64,000 nt of DNA from Nitrososphaeria archaeon (GTDB taxonomy: Archaea; Thermoproteota; Nitrososphaeria; JACIWG01). Below, in pieces: positions 29,686 to 39,999 of this stretch. The stretch covers positions 1 through 64,000 of the forward strand of contig CAVVXT010000005.1 of the NCBI GenBank assembly GCA_963752255.1, in the 5' to 3' direction. The first letter of the stretch is position 1. The number at the start of each line of letters is the position of its first letter. Position numbers and translations under genes: made by a program. The notes below the pieces were generated by a model. The model had not been told where the DNA came from, ran no database searches, and saw nothing but the letters and a program-made list of their open reading frames with translations.

Positions 29686-30579
29686 TTACTCTGTTTCTGC
29701 TTTCTTGGTTGTTTCCTTTGCCATATTTGCGAGGTCTTTGATTCCGTAGAGTCCATATACAGGCATACTGGTTGTTGAACCGCCTGTTGAACCGCCTGTT
29801 GAAGCAGCTGTTGAAGCAGCTGTTGAAGCAGCTGTTGAACCGGCTATTGGCATGTTAGCTGGCATCAGTATTATCGTATTCTTTCCCTGCAATCCAAGCT
29901 CGTAGATTATGTTCATCCACTTTAATTGGAAGGCTATATCGTTTCCCTTGTACAGGTTCGCGGCATCCACCATCTTCTGTGCCACTTCGTATTCCGCCAT
30001 AGCCAATATCACTCTAGACCTCCTTTCCCTTTCAGCTTGAGCTTGTCTTGACATGGCATCCTGTAAAGCCTGCGGTAATCCGACATCTCTAATTTCGACT
30101 GCAGTAACTTTTATTCCCCAAGCCTCCGTCTTCGAGTCTATAATTCCTCTAGCAATAGCACCGACCTTTTCCCTTTCAGCTAGCAACTCATCGAATGAAG
30201 CCTGACCAATAACCTCTCTGAGTGTTGTCTGGGCGGCTAATTGCGTCGCATAATTAAAGTCCTCTGCACCCAAAACGACCTTTTGCAGGTCAACAGGTTG
30301 GAAGTACATAACGGAGTCAACAACTACTGGCACGTTGTCCTTTGTCAAAGTCTGTTCAGTCTTAAACGAAACAACCTGTAGCCGGGTTGATATGACAAAT
30401 GGTACCCTTGATATAAACGGTGGAACATATATTACACCCGGACCTCTTAGACCTCTGTATCTACCCAGTGTAAGAAGAGGAGCTCTCTCCCATTCTTTGA
30501 GTATCTTGATTCCGCTGAGAAATATTCCTATAACTATCAGAATAATTAATACTATGATAGAAAGAGTAGCTATATCCAT
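29686..30579 (-). CDS. Stomatin/SPFH (slipin) family protein
   Basis: ILKEWERA...GPG...TLTKDNVPV...AQTTLREVIG...QAQAERERR. Confidence 0.92.
   Translation of the reverse strand: MDIATLSIIVLIILIVIGIFLSGIKILKEWERAPLLTLGRYRGLRGPGVIYVPPFISRVPFVISTRLQVVSFKTEQTLTKDNVPVVVDSVMYFQPVDLQKVVLGAEDFNYATQLAAQTTLREVIGQASFDELLAEREKVGAIARGIIDSKTEAWGIKVTAVEIRDVGLPQALQDAMSRQAQAERERRSRVILAMAEYEVAQKMVDAANLYKGNDIAFQLKWMNIIYELGLQGKNTIILMPANMPIAGSTAASTAASTAASTGGSTGGSTTSMPVYGLYGIKDLANMAKETTKKAETE
29773..29844 (+). repeat. 6 x 12-bp tandem repeat in the stomatin C-tail
   Basis: tgttgaaccgcc x2, tgttgaagcagc x3, tgttgaaccggc; encodes STAA/STGG units. Confidence 0.9.
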
Positions 30580-30663
30580 CAACTTTCGCCTTAAAAATGT
30601 ATAATTAGAACCTCCTATTAATCTTTTCTCTTCCAATCCGGTGTTTACCGGATATCTGGTCGA

Positions 30664-31962
30664 TCAAGTTTTCTCAACGATGAGCTTGAGTTTTTCTATC
30701 GACTTTATCCTTACGGATCCGCCCTTTACAACTTCTCCTGAAATTGACATCGCTTTCCAGATTACACCTTCCACTCTTACATCACCTTCAGGGTTTAGAT
30801 CTGTTATCGCGACACCAATCTTTCCCACCACCGACTCTGGGCCTGTCAACTTAGCTCCGCGCCTTAAAGGTCCTATCACCCACCTGGAGTAGAGACCTGC
30901 GACTATGCCGATAACTATTACCACAAAGATTTCAAGGTCCGTTACTGAAGTAATAGGTGAGGGTGAATAGGGTATTCCATATGCCAGCAACACTATGCCT
31001 AAAGCGCCAAGTACTACGCCCCCCATAAGCGCGAAACCATGGCCAAGCTTCAATTCGAGGATAATTAGGACGGCGGCAACTGCTAAGACGAAAAAACCGA
31101 GTACTGAAGCATCTATTACCTCGGCTCCAATGAGGCCGGCTATAATCGCCGCACCGCCAACTATGGAGAGAAGTATGGTAGGATGGTAGACGTCTATAAC
31201 AATAGCGACCGTTCCAAGCAGAATCAGTGTGCCGTCGAGTGTCGAGTTACTCAGGGCACTGATGAACTGTTGGTACAGATCCTGATTAAAGGTGACCTGT
31301 TGGATTCCTGAAAGCCCAAACATGCTGATCGCTTCGCTTAATGAGCCTGCAAATCCGTCACTCACATGATACCTGAACGCTTGGTCAGCTGAGAACGCCT
31401 GGTCATATTGTACCATGTTGTAAGCTGCGGTTGTGTTTCTTCCCCATTCCTGAGCCAGGCTGACCAAGAGTTGCAGCATTGCAGACTGGGTGTGATTCTG
31501 CTCCAGGGCGGTGCCTCCTACCACTTCGGGCGTGCTGGGGCCGATGACGGAACCTGGACCCATCAAAATCTTGTTTGTAGCCATCGCTATATAGCTACCA
31601 GCGGACGCTGCGAGGCCATTTGGTGCGACGTAGGTGTAGACCGGTATTCCAGATTGATTGGCCTCCGTTATATAAGAAATTATGTTGACCATGTCGCTGA
31701 GAAGCCCACCTGGAGTATTCATCACAAAAACTATTGCCGAGGCCTTCTGGCTTAAGGCGTAGTTAACAGCTCCCTGGACGAAAGCAGACGAGCCCGGGTC
31801 AACGGCAACATCAAAATTTATTATTACGATGGATCCTGGAGGGGAATCAGCTGAGACAGTAGGGAGGCCTGCGAAGCAGTTGACCAACAATAAAAGAAAA
31901 AGTAACAGGAACATCCAGTGTAAAGCATTAAACTTATTTAAGGCTCTATATCGTTTTTCCAA
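30664..31962 (-). CDS. nfeD: NfeD membrane-bound serine protease (stomatin operon partner)
   Basis: MNTPGG, AASAGSYI, TM domain and C-terminal OB fold (PEGDVRVEGVIWKA). Confidence 0.88.
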   Translation of the reverse strand: MEKRYRALNKFNALHWMFLLLFLLLLVNCFAGLPTVSADSPPGSIVIINFDVAVDPGSSAFVQGAVNYALSQKASAIVFVMNTPGGLLSDMVNIISYITEANQSGIPVYTYVAPNGLAASAGSYIAMATNKILMGPGSVIGPSTPEVVGGTALEQNHTQSAMLQLLVSLAQEWGRNTTAAYNMVQYDQAFSADQAFRYHVSDGFAGSLSEAISMFGLSGIQQVTFNQDLYQQFISALSNSTLDGTLILLGTVAIVIDVYHPTILLSIVGGAAIIAGLIGAEVIDASVLGFFVLAVAAVLIILELKLGHGFALMGGVVLGALGIVLLAYGIPYSPSPITSVTDLEIFVVIVIGIVAGLYSRWVIGPLRRGAKLTGPESVVGKIGVAITDLNPEGDVRVEGVIWKAMSISGEVVKGGSVRIKSIEKLKLIVEKT

Positions 31963-32137
31963 GGAAACGCACCTCCCTCGGATAAAAACGCTGTGCTCCA
32001 GCTTGATAAGGCTTTTGATATCTATCAGAGAAGTAAGTGCAACACTCTACAGTCAAATATTTGGTTTGCGGTGAGACTACATAGACCACGGTGCAAAAAG
32101 ATTTTAAACATGAAAAATAATTTGATTTAGAACAAGA

Positions 32138-33088
32138 TTGGAATACACTAATTTGGGTAAAAGTGGAATAAAAATTTCTAGGATAGGTTTAGGTGCTTGG
32201 CAAGCGAACATAAAGCAATGGGGTCAAGACTTCACTGAAGAAGACATTATGAAGGCTATGAAGAAATCGTATGAGCTTGGTATCAACCTGATCGATACTG
32301 CTGAGTCCTATGGTAATGGATATTCTGAGGAAATAGTTGGTAAAGTAGCAAAGGAAATAGGGCGTGACAATCTTGTCATCGCTACAAAGGTTCATGGAGA
32401 GCATTGTCGATACGATGATGTTTTGAGAGCCGCAGAAAAGAGTCTTAAAAGACTAGATATAAAAGAAATAGACCTGTATCAGGTTCATTGGCCTGACCCG
32501 TGGGAGCAAATCCCATTAAAAGAGACTATGGGTGCTTTAGAGAAACTTTTCAAGGAAGGAAAGATCAGAGCTGTAGGAGTAAGCAACTTTGCTGTAAGGG
32601 ATTTAAAGGAAGCCCAAGGCTATCTTTCTACAACAGACATTGTTTCGAATCAGCTAAGATACAATATGATTCAAAGAGAAATAGAGCATGATGTTCTAAA
32701 ATACTGTAAAAGGGAAAAAATAACAGTCATAGCATGGAGCCCTCTAGCGCAGGGTATCTTGACGGGAAAATATGATGTAAACAATAAACCTAAAGATTCT
32801 GCGAGATCGGACAATAGGCTGTTCTACGATCACAACCTCAAAGAAATATCGAAACTGCTTAGGGTTCTCAAAGAGATAGCGGATTCCAGGGGCAAAACAA
32901 TGGGACAGGTGGCTTTAAACTGGCTTATGAAGGAAAAAAACGTTGTTCCTATTCCGGGTGCAAAGAATACAGATCAAGCCGTAGAAAACGCGAACGCTTG
33001 TGGCTGGAACCTGAGCAGTCAAGATCTCAGGAACATAGATTCTGTTCTTAAGACCATCTCTTTAAGCTACTTCAAGTATTACGATTAG
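32138..33088 (+). CDS. Aldo/keto reductase
   Basis: IDTAESYGNG, IATK, IDLYQVHWP, GVSNF, AWSPLAQG, PIPGAK. Confidence 0.93.
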   Translation: MEYTNLGKSGIKISRIGLGAWQANIKQWGQDFTEEDIMKAMKKSYELGINLIDTAESYGNGYSEEIVGKVAKEIGRDNLVIATKVHGEHCRYDDVLRAAEKSLKRLDIKEIDLYQVHWPDPWEQIPLKETMGALEKLFKEGKIRAVGVSNFAVRDLKEAQGYLSTTDIVSNQLRYNMIQREIEHDVLKYCKREKITVIAWSPLAQGILTGKYDVNNKPKDSARSDNRLFYDHNLKEISKLLRVLKEIADSRGKTMGQVALNWLMKEKNVVPIPGAKNTDQAVENANACGWNLSSQDLRNIDSVLKTISLSYFKYYD

Positions 33089-33222
33089 AGCTTTAACAGA
33101 TGACATGACCTGTTAGATACACTTTTCTATGCTAAAGTGGAAGAAGTAGAGTTTCTATCATCTGATCTAGGCTTTAAAACCTTAAATTTGATGACGTTAC
33201 TCCCATATATTAGAGGACTTGT

Positions 33223-34200
33223 TTGATGGTGGGTCTACTTGATCCCCTTAAAGTAGGGGAATATATTCTCTCAAATCGTATTGTCATGCCCCCTATGCTT
33301 ACCAATCTAGCTACTTCATACGGAAACGTGACCGACCGGCTGGTTGAGCACTACAGTAGACGCGCTGAAATGCTGGGTCTCTTGATAGTTGAAGCTTCAT
33401 ATGTGTCTAAGGGTGCCAATTTAGGTGAAAAACAGTTGGGAATATTTGATGAAAGTTTGGTCTCAGGTTTACGCAGACTTTCAGAAGCCATACACGGAAA
33501 GGGTACACCGGCTATTTTACAGATAATGCATTCCGGTGCAAAAGCTTACGTTGGTTCGGGAGGGCTTCAACCAGTTGCTCCTTCAGCTATCGAATGCGCA
33601 CGACAACTCAAAGTTAGTGAAATTGAACCGTTGCTTGACAGTTTTGCGGAGGCCACAGAAAGAGCAGTTAAATCAGGGTTTGATGGTGTTGAAGTTCATG
33701 GTGCACACGGCTTCTTGGTGAACCAGTTCTTTTCACCTCTAAGTAACAGACGAAACGACAAATATGGGGGGTCCCTTGAGAATAGGATGAGGTTTCCTTT
33801 AGAAGTTGTTGAAAGAGTTAAGGAGAAGGTCGGTAAAAAACTGGTGCTCTATCGAATAGGTGCTGAAGACCTTAACCCGAACGGCGCAAAAATAGAGGAT
33901 TCCGTCGAATTGGCTAAGAGATTAGAGGGATCGGGTGTTGACATAATTGACGTGTCAGGAGGCCTTTGCGGCAGCAGTCCTCCGGAATTACAAAATGTTC
34001 AAGGATACTTTATTCCACAAGCTCATAGGATCAAAAGTGCAGTTAAGGTTCCTGTCATCGGAGTTGGGAACATTAAGGACGCGAAATATGCCAATAAGCT
34101 AGTAGAAGAGGGGACAGTAGACCTTGTAGCAATAGGAAGGGGACTTATTAAAAACCCTCATTGGGCTGCTGAGGCGGTTAAGGCATTAAAAGATCAATAA
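33223..34200 (+). CDS. NADH:flavin oxidoreductase (Old Yellow Enzyme family)
   Basis: NRIVMPPM, GFDGVEVHGAHGFL, NRRNDKYGGSLENRMRF. Confidence 0.93.
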   Translation: MMVGLLDPLKVGEYILSNRIVMPPMLTNLATSYGNVTDRLVEHYSRRAEMLGLLIVEASYVSKGANLGEKQLGIFDESLVSGLRRLSEAIHGKGTPAILQIMHSGAKAYVGSGGLQPVAPSAIECARQLKVSEIEPLLDSFAEATERAVKSGFDGVEVHGAHGFLVNQFFSPLSNRRNDKYGGSLENRMRFPLEVVERVKEKVGKKLVLYRIGAEDLNPNGAKIEDSVELAKRLEGSGVDIIDVSGGLCGSSPPELQNVQGYFIPQAHRIKSAVKVPVIGVGNIKDAKYANKLVEEGTVDLVAIGRGLIKNPHWAAEAVKALKDQ

Positions 34201-34315
34201 TAGTTTACAGTATTAGCTTTAGAGAAGCAAACGGTGGCCAAGACCTAAATAAAAGATGCTTTAAATTCATTCTGCTACATAAAGGGTAGCCCGATTTCCA
34301 GACATTTGTAGGTTC

Positions 34316-34504
34316 CTACTTCGTTTCCGTGCAGGGTTCTCCTTCTTTACCCCAATTAATCTTTTCAACATCGTATATTATTACTGTGACAGCATCCGGT
34401 TTTAAATCTAAGGTTTTACAGAGCGCCTTTGTCACTTCTTCTATTATCCTCTTTTTCTGGGCCGCGGTTCTTCCCGCCCACATACTAATTTGAACTAGTG
34501 GCAT
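34316..34504 (-). CDS. 4-oxalocrotonate tautomerase family
   Basis: N-terminal Pro; MPLVQISMWAGRTAAQKK...NWG. Confidence 0.88.
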   Translation of the reverse strand: MPLVQISMWAGRTAAQKKRIIEEVTKALCKTLDLKPDAVTVIIYDVEKINWGKEGEPCTETK

Positions 34505-34814
34505 TTAAATCGCCTGCCATATGTTTCCATGAACTGATATTAATTCTTATACTCCAAAAATCAATGAATATTCGGTCGGATACTTTCTCCACATCTAGGC
34601 AGTTTGGGAGAACATGTCTAAAAATTCCATATACAATGGATACAGAACCTTTAATTTTTCCTTTTCTTGGGTTTCATATCATATTTGTTCATGGTCCTTT
34701 GGGCTATGCCATGGATCCGAGTAATACCTGTAGCACTACATGTTCCTGCTTTTTCAATGTCACTAATTCGCATTCATATAATAACTGTCCTCGTGATCGT
34801 AATGGCTGTTTTCT

Positions 34815-34932
34815 GGTTCCATTTTACTTAGTTAATATGATTCCATATATAACTACACTCATTATTGTAGTATTAGCTATCGGAAAAAAGAGATTTCCTA
34901 AAGAAAGTGGTAAAACATACAAAAGAGAATAA
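34815..34932 (+). pseudogene. C-terminal remnant of an ABC (nucleoside/sugar) permease
   Basis: YLVNMIPYITTLIIVVLAIGKKRFPKESGKTYKRE matches the PYxxT...PxxLGxPYxRE ending typical of these permeases; the upstream ORF sequence is not protein-like. Confidence 0.55.
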
Positions 34933-35050
34933 CCAATTTAGTTGACCTTTAAAATTATCCCTTTTCCCACTAAACAGCAAAATTAATTATTATAGCATCT
35001 ATATTCCGATTCGCCCAAGTTCTTTATTTTATCTCCAGCTATCTCTGCGA

Positions 35051-35392
35051 TTATTTTGACTCGATCCTTATCTCAACCTTTTCATACCTTAACATCAAAG
35101 ACTTTTTGATCTCTTCGGCTTCAGCCAGGTTCTCCTTTCCATAGACTTCAAAGATCCATTTTGATGTCGAACCCGAATAGAAGTCTTTCGTTGATATCTT
35201 ACCTAAAAAGATGGGGGCTTGCTCCTTCTTCCCAAAAAATCCTTTTACAGGTGGCAATATCTTCAAAATACCTATAATATCACCCCGAGGTTCCTCTATT
35301 TTTTTACCAAAAGAATCTGTAATCTGATATCCCTTCTCCTTTAGAACTTTAGCTATCCCTACGACCAATGGTTCAGCATAGCCTACCACCAA
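35051..35392 (-). CDS. Hypothetical protein
   Basis: 113-aa ORF with normal composition and a TATA-like upstream element. Confidence 0.55.
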   Translation of the reverse strand: MVVGYAEPLVVGIAKVLKEKGYQITDSFGKKIEEPRGDIIGILKILPPVKGFFGKKEQAPIFLGKISTKDFYSGSTSKWIFEVYGKENLAEAEEIKKSLMLRYEKVEIRIESK

Positions 35393-35633
35393 TACCTTCC
35401 TTTAATTATAAAGTCAAGAACATACTTATAAATCTACTCTTATTTCAAAGAGAACACTTAGAAAAACATCCGCTCTAATAAGAGCTTCCTAATATTAAAA
35501 TTGCACTATGCCTTTTATTGTAGATTGGCTGCTTACATTATCTAGTTTCGGAATAATGAACTTTCCTTTGACGAATGATCCCTTTCTATTTTACTTGTGT
35601 GACACGATTCTTTTGCGGAGGTTTTTTTCCTGA

Positions 35634-37115
35634 TTAAAGGTTAGTTACGTAAACGTTCATTTCTTCTTCTTTAAGAGTGGTTTGTAGTCCAGCCATCTTT
35701 ATCTCTTCCATAGAGAGATTTATCCAAGTTGAAAAAATGCTTGGATTAGGTCTGTTAGGAACAAAATCGGGGTCTACTGAATACAATAGTCCGTAACCGC
35801 GAGCTTGAGCAACCTGCAGAAGCACATGTTTTGACGCCCAATAATCTAGAGCTATTGGGTCTTTGCTCGCCATGATGACATTTACTCTTGTGGCCGTATC
35901 ATAGTATGTTTGAGGACCTTTCCCGGGTCTCGCATTTATCCATATGGCATCGAGTATATTTAGTGTCGGTATCCTCGTTTCAGCCATCAATGTCCCCATT
36001 CCACCTTTTCCGATAGATAGATGGGTACCACCTAAAGTAACGCCAGAGCCACCTGTAAGCCTATCTGATGGTACGCCCATGTAATGTTTTGTACAACCTG
36101 TAACGCCATAGGCGGAGTGAGTCTTTAAAACTGGGACGTTGATCACTTTAAGCTTCTCGCTACTGTAAGATTTTGTTTGATTATCCCATAACCCATTTTT
36201 AAAGCTGATGTATGTTCCGAACTTGGTCTTGAATTTCGGGTAGGAAACCTGTATTCCAGTTTTTTCGTTAACATTCTCCTGCACGACATAACCATCTTCC
36301 AAATCTCCTTGAGAATACTCCTCTACTTTATTAAGTGTAATATTATCCCAAAGATATGTCGAAATCTTATAAGAACCTGTTGAAGAATCAACGACCTTCT
36401 GCACCGACTGAGAGATATCTTCAGCATTATTCTTCTCATAGTCAAGATGCCCACCGTCGCTCAAAGAGCCGCGTCCGGGACCGCCTTGTCCATTATCTGC
36501 CACAACAATTTCTCCTACGAACCCGTCAGGATGACCCTTTATAGCTTCGATTATGGCCTTTATTAGGTCAGTGTTTGTTCCTCCCCTTTCATTCCATTGC
36601 GAATTTACTTTAATGAGGAGAACATCATCTTTAGCAATTAGTCCTTCCTGTCCCTGATTGCTTCCTTCTTTACCTGAATTATAGAACAAGAGATTATTGT
36701 GGCCCATAAGGTCTATGAGCGTTTCAAAGCCGTTATCCTGTCCCGTTGCGCCGTTTACTACGAAAATATCTGATGAAGGTTGGGTTTTTGCCAAACTACT
36801 CTCAAATGCAAGTTCCATATAGTCTCCTTGAGCCGTTGTCGTGGTTGAGATAGTTGAAGAAGATGAAGTGCTTGTAGTAGTTGAGGGAATAGTACTTGTA
36901 GTACTGATAGCGCTCGAGCTGTAAGAAGTTGAGCTAGATAGTGAAGTTGTGGTAACAGGTGTAGAAGTTGTAATAGTAGTTGGAGGAGATGTTGTGCTAG
37001 TGTGGCCTGGTAAGTAACCAAAATAAAAATACGCTCCCACAGCAGCAACGGCAGCAGCAGAAAGCCCTATCATACTCCTTCTTGAGACGGAATGCTTCTT
37101 TGCTTTATTAACCAT
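35634..37115 (-). CDS. DUF362-family protein with Tat-like signal and Thr/Ser linker
   Basis: SRRSMIGL signal, LIKVN, INVPVLKTH...GVTGCTKHYMG, ASKDPIALD. Confidence 0.8.
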   Translation of the reverse strand: MVNKAKKHSVSRRSMIGLSAAAVAAVGAYFYFGYLPGHTSTTSPPTTITTSTPVTTTSLSSSTSYSSSAISTTSTIPSTTTSTSSSSTISTTTTAQGDYMELAFESSLAKTQPSSDIFVVNGATGQDNGFETLIDLMGHNNLLFYNSGKEGSNQGQEGLIAKDDVLLIKVNSQWNERGGTNTDLIKAIIEAIKGHPDGFVGEIVVADNGQGGPGRGSLSDGGHLDYEKNNAEDISQSVQKVVDSSTGSYKISTYLWDNITLNKVEEYSQGDLEDGYVVQENVNEKTGIQVSYPKFKTKFGTYISFKNGLWDNQTKSYSSEKLKVINVPVLKTHSAYGVTGCTKHYMGVPSDRLTGGSGVTLGGTHLSIGKGGMGTLMAETRIPTLNILDAIWINARPGKGPQTYYDTATRVNVIMASKDPIALDYWASKHVLLQVAQARGYGLLYSVDPDFVPNRPNPSIFSTWINLSMEEIKMAGLQTTLKEEEMNVYVTNL

Positions 37116-37237
37116 TTTTAAATAACTCTCTTTTAAAGTTAGAGCCCGTATAAATATATTAGCTTTTTCATCGGAAAAATTGGTTTACCTTTAAAGCCAA
37201 GGTACAAAAGTAAAACCATCTTTCAGAAAGAAGGGTA

Positions 37238-38125
37238 TTACAAAAATTTCCTTATCGCATCTGCTATAATAGGTGCAGCGCTGACTAAACCGACAGGGCT
37301 TGGAACCGTATCTGATCCTATAATGACTTCAGCACCTGCATCCAAGATCTTTGCGTAGGAATCTCCGATGAGCAAGGGATGAGCGCACATTACGATTACT
37401 CTGTTTGCTCCGTAGTTTTGAAGGACCTTAACCGTTTCAACCATCGTGCCTCCTGTGCTAATGATATCATCGATGACCACGACATTACGATCGTTGACGC
37501 TTCGGAGCCTCGTCTTTATCTCAACTTTATCAGGCCCCAGTCGAACCTTTTCAAGCGTATCGTATTCGCAGTTCAGAATTTCGGATGAAATCTTAGCCCA
37601 TTGTTCTGCCTCCTCATCGGGCGCTATAACGATAGGTTTATCTAATGTGAAGTTCTGTTTAACATACTGAGTCAAAAGGGGAACCACTGACAAGTTGTGA
37701 GCTGGAATATTGAACACTTTGGAAATATCGTTAACTCTATGAAGATGTGTATCGATCGTGAAGAGCTCATCCGTCCCCACATTTTCTATCAACCTGGTCA
37801 CCGTCTGGAAGCTTATAGCCTCCCCGGGGTTAAATCGCCTATCCTGTCTTGCGTATGCAAAATATGGTATAACACCAATGACTCTCTTAGCCCCAAGATC
37901 TTTCAGGGCTTTGACGAGTAGAAAATATTCGAATAAGTGTTCATCAGGTACATGATACATGGACTGTATAACTACTATGGTATCCCCTTTTACATCATCC
38001 ATTATTCTAACATATTTTTCTCCATCTGGAAACTTTTTGGCCTGAAGCTTAGAAACCGCTATGCCAAGCTCTCGACCTACCTTCAGAGCAAGCACGTCTG
38101 AGGCTGAACCTCCTATTAACAGCAT
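37238..38125 (-). CDS. prs: Ribose-phosphate pyrophosphokinase
   Basis: FPDGEKYVR, PYFAYARQD, APDEEA, IDDIISTGGT. Confidence 0.95.
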   Translation of the reverse strand: MLLIGGSASDVLALKVGRELGIAVSKLQAKKFPDGEKYVRIMDDVKGDTIVVIQSMYHVPDEHLFEYFLLVKALKDLGAKRVIGVIPYFAYARQDRRFNPGEAISFQTVTRLIENVGTDELFTIDTHLHRVNDISKVFNIPAHNLSVVPLLTQYVKQNFTLDKPIVIAPDEEAEQWAKISSEILNCEYDTLEKVRLGPDKVEIKTRLRSVNDRNVVVIDDIISTGGTMVETVKVLQNYGANRVIVMCAHPLLIGDSYAKILDAGAEVIIGSDTVPSPVGLVSAAPIIADAIRKFL

Positions 38126-38286
38126 TAACCAATCGTAAGGTATTTACTTCTATTAAAATATTAATTTTAGGTCGTTTCAATTAACTCCTGCAGAGTAAAA
38201 TTTATGGTTATGGGAACAAAAAAAATATGTATGTTAGCCATAATGATCCAAGAAGATATAAAAGAATAGGCATGTAAACACTTTAG

Positions 38287-38859
38287 ATGAAAAAGTTAGA
38301 AGTTCGTATGGCTGCTGAAGAAAAAATCTATCTAATTAAAGGAGACATAACCGATCAAGACACCGATGCTATAGTTAACGCTGCAAATCCCAGTCTTATG
38401 GGGGGAGGAGGTGTCGATGGGGCCATACATCGGTCGGGAGGCCCGAAAATATTGGAGGAATGTAAACGAATAAGGGCTAAAGACTGGCCTAATGGTCTTC
38501 CAACGGGGAAGGCTGTAATCACTTCAGGAGGAAACTTGAAGGCTAAGTACGTAATTCACACCGTAGGCCCTATATGGTTTGGGGGGAATAGAGGTGAGCA
38601 AGAGCTCCTAGCAGACTCGTATAGAAACTCGCTTATGTTGGCTGTAAATAAGGGACTGAAAACGATATCTTTTCCCTCGATAAGTACAGGAGCGTACGGT
38701 TATCCCATTGAAAAAGCAAGTGAAGTTGCTCTAACTGTCGTAAAGGAGTTTCTTGACGAGCAAGAAGATCTTGGCAAAGTGGCCTTTGTTCTTTTTAGTC
38801 AGCATGATTTCCAAGCCTATAAAGAGACATCTAAAAGGATTCTAGAAAAAAATCCTTAA
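38287..38859 (+). CDS. Macro-domain O-acetyl-ADP-ribose deacetylase
   Basis: GDIT...AIVNAANPSLMGGGGVDGAIH...HTVGP...ISTGAYGYP. Confidence 0.93.
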   Translation: MKKLEVRMAAEEKIYLIKGDITDQDTDAIVNAANPSLMGGGGVDGAIHRSGGPKILEECKRIRAKDWPNGLPTGKAVITSGGNLKAKYVIHTVGPIWFGGNRGEQELLADSYRNSLMLAVNKGLKTISFPSISTGAYGYPIEKASEVALTVVKEFLDEQEDLGKVAFVLFSQHDFQAYKETSKRILEKNP

Positions 38860-38937
38860 CGCCGATCATTACCGATTCTCTAAAACAGTCTTGAAATAAT
38901 ATTTTGAACACTTTCTAAGGCTTTGTTGACTTGACTT

Positions 38938-39495
38938 TTACACATTTTTTAGAGAAACCAATATCAACCAAATAGAAGCCATGATTATTGTCGCCGTCTC
39001 TTGTATTGCTAGGCCGTGCCAGGGCCACTGTTCAAACCAAATAATCGCGCACGTGATTCCAAAGACTAGGGATAAGGCTCCTATCTTTGGAGTACCAAGA
39101 GGCCACGAGAGAAAGCTGTAGACAAGCATCGTAACAACCGCCGCTAGAAAGAAAATCACCGATACCGTTCCATGAATTCCTCCAGCATCCTCGTTGAACA
39201 CTCCTATCAAGAAGAGACTGATAGAGGATACAGTAAAAAGCGGTGTCCATAACAAGAATTTCCAAGAACGTTTAACATATGACAGAAGTAGGTTAAACGA
39301 AATCGAGAGTAAGCCAGCCATCATAACTCCTAAGTCGAATATGTATGCGGCATAACCATTACGCGATATGCTGCCAAGGTCGCTCAAAGCGTTATCGTAA
39401 ATGCTAAACCATGGTGAGAGAACAATGGAAGCTACAATAAATAAGTATGGAAAAGTGGCCCCTATGATTCCTATAGTCTTAATCAGTTTAATCAT
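38938..39495 (-). CDS. DUF998-family membrane protein
   Basis: SPWFSIYDNALSDLG...LIGVFNE...IH...GLAIQE. Confidence 0.8.
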   Translation of the reverse strand: MIKLIKTIGIIGATFPYLFIVASIVLSPWFSIYDNALSDLGSISRNGYAAYIFDLGVMMAGLLSISFNLLLSYVKRSWKFLLWTPLFTVSSISLFLIGVFNEDAGGIHGTVSVIFFLAAVVTMLVYSFLSWPLGTPKIGALSLVFGITCAIIWFEQWPWHGLAIQETATIIMASIWLILVSLKNV

Positions 39496-39671
39496 ACAAC
39501 ATGTAAATGGAAAGACTGATAATTAACTATTATAGTGCCCCTCTTAGAAATTGATGATTTAGACTTATTTTAAATTCTTTATTATTCATATGGATTAGAA
39601 ATGTTATTAGTACCCAAATTTGTAAGCCTATACCAAGAAGATAGTACGATGACAGTTTACGTAACTGTAGT

Positions 39672-39986
39672 TTATGTTTGCTCGGATTTTTGTCCTTTAT
39701 TTCTGAACAAATAAATTGATAGAATGACTTCTACAATGATATTTCCAACTGCAAAAAGTGTAGCAGAAACTAAGTTTATGGAAACGATATATAGAATCAG
39801 AAGGCTTATCAAGATCCACACAAATACAAACTCTATTATAATTTGAGATGCCCCTGTTCTCTTTTGTACGCCTTCTCTACGCTTTTTCCTACTATCAAAA
39901 AAAAGATAGATGCTAATTAAGATTATGAATATGATACTAAAGGTAATGGTTATTACCCACCAAGTGAATAGATTAAATTCTATCAT
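39672..39986 (-). CDS. Small 3-TM membrane protein downstream of mgtA
   Basis: Three hydrophobic segments; co-oriented, 13 bp after mgtA. Confidence 0.65.
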   Translation of the reverse strand: MIEFNLFTWWVITITFSIIFIILISIYLFFDSRKKRREGVQKRTGASQIIIEFVFVWILISLLILYIVSINLVSATLFAVGNIIVEVILSIYLFRNKGQKSEQT

Positions 39987-39999
39987 TTTCTATACACCA

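Noticed and set aside
34498-34932. 144-aa ORF as an intact gene
   Set aside because: Only the last ~38 aa resemble a real protein (permease tail).
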